DNA from: Nitrosopumilus maritimus SCM1
GTDB lineage: Archaea; Thermoproteota; Nitrososphaeria; Nitrososphaerales; Nitrosopumilaceae
Reading direction: 5' to 3'
Length of the DNA: 32,000 bases
Assembly: GCF_000018465.1 (NCBI RefSeq)
Contig: NC_010085.1
Span: 540,001 to 572,000 of the forward strand
The position numbers and the translations under genes were made by a program. Each line of letters starts with the position of its first letter. Position 1 is the stretch's first letter. Under the pieces are notes generated by a model that worked only from the letters and a program-made list of their open reading frames with translations, made no database searches and was not told the DNA's origin. Shown here one piece after another: positions 8,173 to 17,300 of this stretch.

Positions 8173-10365
8173 GTGGGCAGTATACACCAACAAACTGAAT
8201 CAGAAATACGCAAAAAGTATATTTCTAAACTGAGTATTGAATATGGGTTTGACGAAAAAAACATTCGACTCGATGTTCCTGTACAATTAGGGCTAAAACG
8301 ATTCATCGCTGATGCCATTATTTATCAAGATGATCGACCATTTGTCTTGGTTGAAATCAAAACTGATCTGACCCTAAATTTTGAACAGGCAAAAAACACA
8401 CTGGAACAAATGTCTTCTGTTTTGGGAAATAATTTTGTAATTCTTACAAATGGTTATTATGACATATGCTACGAAATAGAAAAATCCTCAAAACAAATCA
8501 AATTTAATGAGATTCCTGATATTCCTGCACTATCAAAAGATAAACGAACTAAGAAAAATCCTCCTCAATTGGAATTAAATGAACCTGAACCATTTTTCTA
8601 TGGTATTTTTGAATCTCTGCAAAATGATCCAAGATTGCTTCATGTTACTGAAAAAGAAATTGTTGATGATCTTCATAAAATAATTGGCGCAAAAATTTTT
8701 GATGAAAAAAATTCTGGTACCTCATTATTTTTTGCAAGAAAAAACGACTCTTATCTTAAAATTGTTTCTAGACTTGAAGAACTCCTTCATCAAATCAATT
8801 CAAAAGAAAATAATTTTATCTTTGATCTTGATTTTAAATTACCTCATGATTTGATTTCCAAAATTGTCTTTAAACTTCAAAAATATTCTTTAACAAAATC
8901 TCAATTAAAAAATATGCCATTAGGATTTTCACAAGGCATTTTGTCTAAATCGACTGGTGCTTATTTGACTCCTGATGCTATTTCTGAGTTTATGAGCCAT
9001 CTGTTTAAAATTAATTCTAAAATGAAAGTTTTAGATTTGGCTTGTGGCAGTGGGGCGTTTCTTGTTAATGCAGGAAAATTTGGTGCTTCAGTTGTTGGTG
9101 TTGATGCCAACCGACAAATAGCCAATATCGCTAAAATAAACTGCTATTTGAATGGCATCAAAAATGCTTCTGTTATCTGTGCTGACAGTCTTGGACCTCT
9201 TGAGAATTTGGCAAAAATGTCTTCTGGCAACATTCAAACAAATTCCTTTGATCTTGTTTTAACCCACCCACCTTTCGGATTACGTTTAACCAAGGATTAT
9301 GCCAATTTTTCAATGCTAACTATTTCTGGGAATAGGTTCATGGAATCGTTGTTCATTGAAAGAAGTTGGGAATTGTTAAAAGAAGGTGGAAAATTAATTA
9401 TTATTCTACCTGAGGGTATTACTTCCAACAAATCTACTCGAAAAATAAGAGAATTTATCACTACAAATTTCAAAGTTCTAGGAATTATCAGCTTGCCTGA
9501 TTATGCCTTTTTTCCTTATTCCTCCATAAAAACAACTATTCTGGTTCTAGAAAAATTAGGGCCAAAAATCATCTCCAATTCTTATATGATATTTACCGCC
9601 TATGCAAAAAATTTGGGTTATGACAAACAAGGAATTCTTGCTAAAGAAAGTGATTTCTCAAAAATTTTAGAAGATTTTAACAAATTTTTACAAACAAACA
9701 AAGGTTCTAAATTTGATCAAAATCTAAATTCTGATTTACGTCTAGATGAAAATTATTTCCAGAATACTAGTGATTTAGGAAACCAAACAAACATGTGTAT
9801 GTTAAAAGATATTGCAGACATTACTATTGGTGTTAAGAACAGTAAACTCAAAAAAGATACAAAATACCTTTTGGTCAAAGGTCAACAAATCAAAGACTTT
9901 GAAGTAGATTTATCAAATGCATCTGAAGTTGGGGTTGAATTTTCTATTGAAAAATATTTGTTACAAAAAGGTGATATTGCAATAACTCGTTCTGGTACTG
10001 TTGGTAATGTCGGATTATGTAATAAGGATGCTAATGTAATCTTTAGTGATAATATAATACGTATAAGAATTAATTCAGATAAAATAATTTCTCAATATCT
10101 TGCATCATTTCTATATTCTGAATTAGGCCAAAGACAAATTAGACAATGCACCACCGGAAGTACAATTCGTGGCATCAGTCTAAGTAATCTTGAAAAAATA
10201 CAAATCCCATTAATTTCAATTTCTAAACAACACAAAATTGCAAATGATTTGAAAAAAATTCTTGATGCTAAATCTGAACTTAACCATCTAATAAAGAACT
10301 TGGAAAATTCAAAAACATCTCTATCAAAAAATGTAGAAAAAACTATTGAGGAGTTACTAAATTGA
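8173..10365 (+). CDS. Single-chain restriction-modification-like protein: HSDR_N-type nuclease domain + N6-adenine methylase + HsdS-like TRD
   Basis: 730 aa; N-terminal FIADAIIY...FVLVEIKTD (D...ExK); AYLTPDAISEFM; motif I VLDLACGSGAFL; motif IV position THPPF; C-terminal TRD with GDIAITRSGTVGNVG and STIRGISLSNLEKIQIP. GTG start. Confidence 0.85.
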   Translation: MGSIHQQTESEIRKKYISKLSIEYGFDEKNIRLDVPVQLGLKRFIADAIIYQDDRPFVLVEIKTDLTLNFEQAKNTLEQMSSVLGNNFVILTNGYYDICYEIEKSSKQIKFNEIPDIPALSKDKRTKKNPPQLELNEPEPFFYGIFESLQNDPRLLHVTEKEIVDDLHKIIGAKIFDEKNSGTSLFFARKNDSYLKIVSRLEELLHQINSKENNFIFDLDFKLPHDLISKIVFKLQKYSLTKSQLKNMPLGFSQGILSKSTGAYLTPDAISEFMSHLFKINSKMKVLDLACGSGAFLVNAGKFGASVVGVDANRQIANIAKINCYLNGIKNASVICADSLGPLENLAKMSSGNIQTNSFDLVLTHPPFGLRLTKDYANFSMLTISGNRFMESLFIERSWELLKEGGKLIIILPEGITSNKSTRKIREFITTNFKVLGIISLPDYAFFPYSSIKTTILVLEKLGPKIISNSYMIFTAYAKNLGYDKQGILAKESDFSKILEDFNKFLQTNKGSKFDQNLNSDLRLDENYFQNTSDLGNQTNMCMLKDIADITIGVKNSKLKKDTKYLLVKGQQIKDFEVDLSNASEVGVEFSIEKYLLQKGDIAITRSGTVGNVGLCNKDANVIFSDNIIRIRINSDKIISQYLASFLYSELGQRQIRQCTTGSTIRGISLSNLEKIQIPLISISKQHKIANDLKKILDAKSELNHLIKNLENSKTSLSKNVEKTIEELLN

Positions 10366-10865
10366 TTACTAGTCCTATTATCTTTACCAAAAAAAATCCC
10401 GACAACCCTTTACTTGAAGTATTAGTTGAATCAAATTCTGATAAATATGAAATTATTTGGTATCATTGGCCTCATGATGGGTTTATGCCTGTTGAAGATT
10501 ATGAACCAGTAATTGTTGTTTATTCTAAAAAGCAAATTAAAGTCGTAATTACTCGAAGTGCTTGGAAATTCAAACCCCATAATATTGATAATACCCTTTC
10601 TAATCCTCTGTCTGTTCTTTTCAAAGATGATTTTCATCATTATATGATTAGAACTGAAGAAAATGCTGTAGATTTTGATAAAATTATTGGCAGTACTCAA
10701 TTGGAGCAAGAAGAATACCAGTCAAAAATAAAAGATATTTCTCCTTCTGCTATAGACCTCAAATTTCGTACTGGATGGGGGCATATTACTAATTATCAAG
10801 TATTTCCACATGATGACCCTGCTGATGTTGCTATGCAGTATTATCGTGCCTATTGTGAAGAATAA
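10362..10865 (+). CDS. Hypothetical protein, 4-nt overlap with the upstream methylase gene
   Basis: 167 aa ORF; TTGA start/stop overlap with the 8173..10365 gene suggests translational coupling. No recognised family. Confidence 0.7.
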   Translation: MITSPIIFTKKNPDNPLLEVLVESNSDKYEIIWYHWPHDGFMPVEDYEPVIVVYSKKQIKVVITRSAWKFKPHNIDNTLSNPLSVLFKDDFHHYMIRTEENAVDFDKIIGSTQLEQEEYQSKIKDISPSAIDLKFRTGWGHITNYQVFPHDDPADVAMQYYRAYCEE

Positions 10866-10900
10866 TCATACAATGTTATATTATTAGTTATATTATTCTT

Positions 10901-10907
10901 TATATAA
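10901..10907 (+). promoter_or_regulatory. Probable archaeal TATA box (tatataa)
   Basis: tatataa about 24 bp upstream of the ATG at 10928, consistent with a leaderless transcript. Confidence 0.5.
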
Positions 10908-10927
10908 GAATAAGCAGCATTTTATCC

Positions 10928-11785
10928 ATGGTAAAAAAAGATAGTAAATTTGCTCTTTCGATGACTTATGGGCCAAGAGAAGATGCCCTATTACGTGATA
11001 TTGAAAAAATTTCTAAAAATCAAGAATTTGACATAAGCCGAAATGAGGTTTTAAGACGTGGCTTGTATGCATTTAAAAATTTAGTTGATGTTGATGAGAG
11101 AATCTATTTGAAATTACTTTCTCATACACTCCATCTTTTAAAAGAAAATATTGATCTTGATATTTTACGTTTTGCAAAAGACATTGCATCTCAAATTCTT
11201 ACTATTCTAATAATAAAACATGGTTTGGCCAAAGCAGATTCATTTGAAACTATCTTGGATAGTTTGGAAACAATTTATGGAATACTTAGTACTCAAAAAT
11301 TAGATAAAACATATGATGAAAAAATTAAAAAAGAACTATCGGATCTTGCCACAAGCTTGGATACTGTATTTTTAAATTCAGAAAAAGACTCTCAAAAACT
11401 TTCAAACATTATGCATTTTCTGCAATTGTCTTCAAAACATAACTCTGATTCTAGACAACATTCTAAAACAAAATTTGATATGTCTGAGGATACACTACGC
11501 ATTTTCCTAAAACATTATGAAGATAAATCTGAGTCAATGCGTTTATCTGGAAAATTCCTTAAAGGTAAGGTTGTATGGTTTGATGACAAAAAGAAAATTG
11601 GTCTTTTGAAATCTCACCCAAAACATGATTTTCTAATTAGTCCTATCTCCTCTTTGAATTCTCTATATCGCAATAATTTTGAATTGTTTTCTGGGCGAGA
11701 TTTTCTTTCATCCAAATCTAAACTCGGTTTAGGATATGTTCCACAAAATTTTGAAGATGACATGATTGAATCTGACAATTCTTAA
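10928..11785 (+). CDS. Hypothetical protein with possible RHH-like N-terminus and degenerate cold-shock-like C-terminus
   Basis: 285 aa; FDISRNEVLRRGLYAFKNL resembles the helical part of an RHH domain; GKVVWFDDKKKIGLLKSHPKHDFLISPISSL resembles the CSD pattern GxVKWFNxxKGFGFI. Both assignments are tentative. Confidence 0.6.
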   Translation: MVKKDSKFALSMTYGPREDALLRDIEKISKNQEFDISRNEVLRRGLYAFKNLVDVDERIYLKLLSHTLHLLKENIDLDILRFAKDIASQILTILIIKHGLAKADSFETILDSLETIYGILSTQKLDKTYDEKIKKELSDLATSLDTVFLNSEKDSQKLSNIMHFLQLSSKHNSDSRQHSKTKFDMSEDTLRIFLKHYEDKSESMRLSGKFLKGKVVWFDDKKKIGLLKSHPKHDFLISPISSLNSLYRNNFELFSGRDFLSSKSKLGLGYVPQNFEDDMIESDNS

Positions 11786-11789
11786 CCAA

Positions 11790-12731
11790 TCAAAAAATCT
11801 TGAGAGAAGGTTCTACTTTAAGAAATAATTCCAATTTTTCATCATCATCTTTTCTGTCATACATATCCAAGTATGTGACATGCCCGACCATGGCGTGAGC
11901 AATATCAGTATCATGAATTCGTCTTGCCCTAGTAAAGAAATAGGAACGAAATGAATGGAGTGTAAATTTATGACGATTTACTGAAGTGTATTTTTCAGTT
12001 AGACCTGCTCTTTTTCTATATCTTGCAAATGCTTCAATCTCTGTCATTTTAGCATGAAATGGATAAGAATTTGTAGCAAATACAAGAGTATTTTCAGATA
12101 ATGATTCTAAATGAGGTTTTAACATTTTTTCAGCTTCTTTAGAAACAAAGGTGGTGTGAGATACTCTGGTCTTTGTATATTTTCCAGGAATTTCGATTTT
12201 AATTCTCTTTAAACTAAAATCAAAATCAGCTTTTTTCAAAGAGACCGTCTCTTGAATTCGCATACCAGTTCCAATTAGAACTAGATACAACATCAGTCTG
12301 GATTTTGGAGTAAATTCAAAGAGTTTGAGAATTTCGTCTTTTGATAATGGGTGTAATTTTTCTTTGATCTTCTTTGGTTTTTTGATATTGTGTTTAAGGT
12401 CTATTGGGTGTGCACGAATTCCATTGTAACTACAATAGTATGTTGCAATTTGATAATACATTTTGACTGTAGCACTTGCTAATTTTTGATTTTCAAGCCA
12501 ATTCACAAAATCCTGTAATACGTCAAAATAGGCTTGATCACGTTGCTCAAATGGAATTCTTTTGAGTTCTTTTATGATTTCATTGATGTCTCTTCCATCA
12601 TAGGCAAATTTACAAAATTCCTCAAATCTGTTAATTCCTGCCTGATAATTTTCTCGAGTCGAGAATTGTAAGGATTGAATTCCCTCCAGGAATGACTTTT
12701 TTGATTTGTTCTTTAAGAGAAAGGATTGCAA
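11790..12731 (-). CDS. Tyrosine recombinase / phage-type integrase
   Basis: 313 aa; N-terminal SAM-like domain; GTGMRIQET (catalytic R), LHSFRSYF (HxxR), HAMVGHVTYLDMYDR (H and a candidate Y nucleophile). Confidence 0.9.
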   Translation of the reverse strand: MQSFLLKNKSKKSFLEGIQSLQFSTRENYQAGINRFEEFCKFAYDGRDINEIIKELKRIPFEQRDQAYFDVLQDFVNWLENQKLASATVKMYYQIATYYCSYNGIRAHPIDLKHNIKKPKKIKEKLHPLSKDEILKLFEFTPKSRLMLYLVLIGTGMRIQETVSLKKADFDFSLKRIKIEIPGKYTKTRVSHTTFVSKEAEKMLKPHLESLSENTLVFATNSYPFHAKMTEIEAFARYRKRAGLTEKYTSVNRHKFTLHSFRSYFFTRARRIHDTDIAHAMVGHVTYLDMYDRKDDDEKLELFLKVEPSLKIF

Positions 12732-12945
12732 TGTACAATTATGAAAAAGTTTGTTCTTGATTTGATATGTTATGTGAAATTTAGCAGATGGCTTTATTCA
12801 TTATATCTTGAACAAGGAAATAGAAAAATCTTAGGAATTAAAAAATTATTTTATAAAAATTATTATTTTCATAATTAATGATGATAATAGGTAATTATGC
12901 AATAACCTACGTGACTTTTTTATAGTTTAGATTAATTACAGAATT

Positions 12946-13557
12946 ATGGTTAACTATCCTCCTTATGTTAATGGATATGGTCTTTTACCAAATTTGTTTA
13001 ATGCTATAAAAACTGCCAACGTTCCAACTAAATTTAATCGAGATTTTGTTTCTACAATGTTAGGACTAAAATCTTCAAGTTATAATGCTATGATCCCCTT
13101 TATGAAAAATCTGGGATTTTTAGATCAAGGAAATGTTCCTACTCAACACTATCGAGATTATAGAGATGAAAGTTTGGGGAAAAAAATCATGGCACAGAGA
13201 GTAAAAGAAGCATATGGTGAGTTATTTACTGCTAATGAATATGCTCATAGATTAACCAAAGAACAAGTTGCAGCAAAACTTAGAACAATTCTTGGTGTTG
13301 GTGAAGACGATAAAACAGTAATTGTTGTAGCTGCAACATTTGCTGAATTATGTACTCTGGGAGATTTTGAAGGTAGTGAAATTACTAAAAATGAAAATGG
13401 AGAAACAGAAAATCTTCCTGATATCATTAGATCTTCTCCTGTATCTTCAAAGATTGGATTAAACTATACCATTAATCTTAATTTGCCTGCAACAACAGAC
13501 ATCGAAGTTTTTAATGCTATCTTCAAAAGTTTGAAGGAACATATTCTAAATGAGTGA
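12946..13557 (+). CDS. DUF5343-family protein
   Basis: 203 aa; NLFNAIKTANVPTKFNRDFVSTMLGLKSSSYNAMIPFMKNLGFLD...GNVPTQHYRDYRDESLGKK matches the recalled DUF5343 pattern. Confidence 0.8.
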   Translation: MVNYPPYVNGYGLLPNLFNAIKTANVPTKFNRDFVSTMLGLKSSSYNAMIPFMKNLGFLDQGNVPTQHYRDYRDESLGKKIMAQRVKEAYGELFTANEYAHRLTKEQVAAKLRTILGVGEDDKTVIVVAATFAELCTLGDFEGSEITKNENGETENLPDIIRSSPVSSKIGLNYTINLNLPATTDIEVFNAIFKSLKEHILNE

Positions 13558-14134
13558 AAAATTTTCTGAAAAAATTCGAAACTATGGAATGCGTAATTTT
13601 ATGCTAGAAACAGAATTAGCAAAACTAGAACAACGTGGGATTGAGATTGGTCATATAAACACTGTCAAAAAAGATGAAAATGTAGATCCTGAATTATTTG
13701 ATTCGGATATTAGAAAAAGTGCAAAAAGAATGGCTGATTTTTACGTGGTCTATTTTTCCTTAGAAAATTCTGTGAGGAGATTAATTAAAGAAACTTTGAC
13801 AGAAAAATATGGGAAAGATTGGTGGGAAAAAGGTATTCCTAAAGGAATCAAAGATAATGTCAAACAAATTCAAGAGGATGAAAAAGATTCTGTAATGGCT
13901 ATTCGTTCTGCTGATGACCCATTAACTTATACGAATTTTGGAGAATTAATTCCAATAATAGAATCTCAATGGGATCTGTTTTCAGATCGATTAAGGGGGA
14001 AAAAAGCAATGCAGCAAATCCTTTCTCAATTCAATAAAACTAGAAATTTAATTGCACATAGTTGTGAATTGGAACCTGATGAGGTCACTCGTTTAGAATT
14101 ACTTGTAAAAGATTGGCAGAGAATCCAAACCTGA
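13550..14134 (+). CDS. Swt1-like HEPN domain protein (candidate ribonuclease)
   Basis: 194 aa; LIKETLTEKYGKDWWEKGIP...LTYTNFGELIPIIESQWDLF...LSQFNKTRNLIAHSCEL, with the HEPN R-x4-H motif (RNLIAH) at 14042..14059. Overlaps the DUF5343 ORF by 8 bp. Confidence 0.85.
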   Translation: MSEKFSEKIRNYGMRNFMLETELAKLEQRGIEIGHINTVKKDENVDPELFDSDIRKSAKRMADFYVVYFSLENSVRRLIKETLTEKYGKDWWEKGIPKGIKDNVKQIQEDEKDSVMAIRSADDPLTYTNFGELIPIIESQWDLFSDRLRGKKAMQQILSQFNKTRNLIAHSCELEPDEVTRLELLVKDWQRIQT

Positions 14135-14315
14135 TATGTAAAACGAGCCTAACAGATCAATCCTACGTCTTCTCTAAATACTCAAAAAACCATAAAATAC
14201 GCATGAAATCGTACCTAAAAGTCGGATTTTCTAGGTCAACTTTAACAACAAGCTCAACTTTTCCTCAATTCCATTCTAAAATGACCCTTTTAGTCAAAAA
14301 AAAGAGGAAACAGCA

Positions 14316-17300
14316 ATGAATCAGACTCTGCATATTGTATTTTTCATATTCTTACTTGTAGGGGTAATTGTTCCTGCATATGCTCAAACCGCAGAAAATG
14401 TTGTGATTAACGAAGTTGATATTAATCCTCCTGGCGATGATTCAAAATCCATTTCTGAGTGGGTTGAACTTTACAATCCTACTGATTCTGAAATTGATTT
14501 GAGTGGGTGGCAAATTGCGTCAACAACTGTTCTAAAGAAAACTATGACAATTGGCTCTGGAACTACTATTGAACCTGGACAATTTTTAACTTTTTCTTAT
14601 CAAAGTGTTTGGTTTACTGACATCAATGAATCTGTTGAATTACGAGATGAAAATGGAATTGTAATTGATAAGACTCCAATACTCTCAGATATTAAAAATG
14701 ACTTTACATCTTGGCAAAGGATCTATGATGGTTATGATTTGGACAATCCTGATGATTGGAAATTTGTAACATCTACCTCTGGTTCTACTAATGGAAAACT
14801 AGTACAAGAACAAAAACAAGATGAAATTTCTCTTTCTCTTTCTTCAGATAAATCATTTTACTTGTTTGGAGAAACTGCTGTAATTGAAGGAAGTGTTTCT
14901 AAAGCAGTATTTGTTGAGAAACCATTCTTTCAACCTGAAGTAATTACTGTAAAAATTAGTGGTCCTAATTTTGACAAAACATTAACTTTGTACCCTGATC
15001 TAAACAAAAATTTTAAAACAACTTTGGGGCTGCAAAAAGTTTTAGGAATCAATGAAGGCGATTACACAATAAATGCATCTTATGCAGGATCAACTGTTAA
15101 TACGTCATTCTCAGTGGGATATGAAATTACTGAAGAACAAGTACAACAAGACAGTTTTCTCAATTTGAACACTGACAAAACTCAATACATTCCCGGTCAA
15201 ATGGTTTCAATTACCGGTACTGCTACCGATATTGTTGAATTTCAGGGGATGAAATTCACTGTTACTAATTCTGAGGGTACAATTGTGTATAATGGAAATT
15301 TGTTTCCTGTAAATGGTCAATTTAAAACCAGTATTTTCTTGTCAACTGTAAATCCTGTATATGGTACTTATGAAATAATTGGTGAATATGTTGACAAATC
15401 TGTAATCACAACATTTGAAGTAATAGAAGATGCAAAAGAAACTGTTCCAATATCTCTGTGGACTAATAAGGATGTTTATGGAACTGGTGAAGTAGTAACC
15501 ATAACTGGAAGACTAAATGATGTGTGGGTTGCTTCCCTTGATTTAGAAATAGTACAAACAAAGAATCTTGCTTTGGGCACTGGCAGCCAACTTGGTGGTG
15601 GTAATGTTCTAAAAATTCTTGATGTTGTCCGAATTGACGGTGATGGTAAATTCAAGTATTCTTTTACAATTCCTGATGTGGATACTCGATTAGGTGATTA
15701 TAAAATCAAAGTTTCTAAAGATATTGGCTCTGCAAAAAAGACTGTCATGGTAGTAAAAGAACCTGAAAACTTTGTCCCAATCACTGATCCACTAATTGTT
15801 ACAACAAACAAGCTTGTTTATGATTTCACTTTGGATAAAGAACTCGTAATCCGTGGTCAAATAAAGAACCCTGTAGATCGAACAAGTTTTGAAACTCCTA
15901 CCGTGTTAATTTCATTTAAAGATGAAAACGGTAAACCCCTTTCTATTATTGGTGTTCCTGAGGGTGTTAATCAGGGAGCTGCTGGCGGCACAGGTAGTGT
16001 GACTGCAAAATATCAGTTCACTGCAATACCTGAATCTGGTGGAACATTTTCTGTAACTGCTGACATTAGTAGAGGTATATTTTCTGAAGGTACGTACACT
16101 ATAACTGCACAATATCTTGATCTTACTTCAACAACTTCGTTTGATATTGTTGATGACTTAGCAGGCGGAGGTGTGGTATCTCTTGATAAAGATGTTTATG
16201 GTTTAGGTGAACAGGTGGTTGTTAGTGGTATTATTCCGACAAGTGATCGTTCTGTAACTATTTCTGTTACAAGACCTGATGGTACAAAAACCACATATGG
16301 CGAAGCTGTTGATAACCAAAGATTCTCTTGGTCTTGGACTACCCCTGTTTCAGAACGATATCAAACGCTGAAATCTGACGGTGAACGTGGTGTTACATTT
16401 TCAAATTTCGGTATTTATAAAATCAAAGTAGCAGGTGATACATACAGCAAAGATTTACTATTCAAAGTATCTACTGATCCTGAAAATGATTCTTTATCTG
16501 CCACCCCTCTTTTTATAACTACAGACAAATCTCTGTACCAAGCAGGAGATAAACTCAAAGTAATTGGAAATGTTATTCCTCGTGATCAAGGTGATGAGGG
16601 ATTAGTAGTTCCCGACCGTGTAACTATCAAAGTTTTGGATGGAACATTCCCGTACAAGCAAATTCATGAAGCATCTGTTTACCCAAAACAAGGTGGTGAA
16701 TTTTCAAGCTTGTTTGAGTTACCTGCAACTATCTTTAGTGAGGGCATGTATACTGTAAAAGCAATTTATTCCACAAAGCAAGTAACATCAACATTTAGTG
16801 TTGCTAATGATTTTACATTTGGTATTGATGAACCTGTATCGTTATTAGCATCAACTGATAAATCTGAATATTATCCTGGTGATACCGTAATTATTTCTGG
16901 AAAACCAAACAAATTGATTTATCTTGAAGCCTATGATGTAAGTATCATTAAAAAGTCTGATACTGAAATTACTTGTGGTTCTTTTATTTGTGGAACTCAT
17001 GTTGGACAAGTAAAATCCATTCGTCCTAGCCCATCTGGTTCTTTTACTCATGAATTCCCAATCAAGAATACATTATCTTCAATTGGAACATATGAAGTAA
17101 CTATTGATGCTGACTTTGAAACAAAACATATTAGATTTAACGTTGTAGAAGAACCTCTTGCTCCTAAATTAGAAACAGTGATTGAAAAAGAAAACAGAAT
17201 TCCTGACAAAACAATTTCTGTATCTACTCCAGAAAAAACTGTAGATGATGCAACCTTTGCTCCTAGAGTTGTTTCTGGCTCCTTACTTACTCCAATTAAA

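Noticed and set aside
12732-12945. AT-rich tract between the integrase and DUF5343 gene as a possible att site, origin or CRISPR
   Set aside because: Low-complexity A/T runs but no regular repeat-spacer structure and no tRNA-like sequence could be found; probably a divergent promoter region.
14113-14319. 68-aa plus-strand ORF between the HEPN gene and the LTD protein
   Set aside because: It overlaps the HEPN gene end, has a low-complexity basic C-terminus and no family match. Treated as intergenic.
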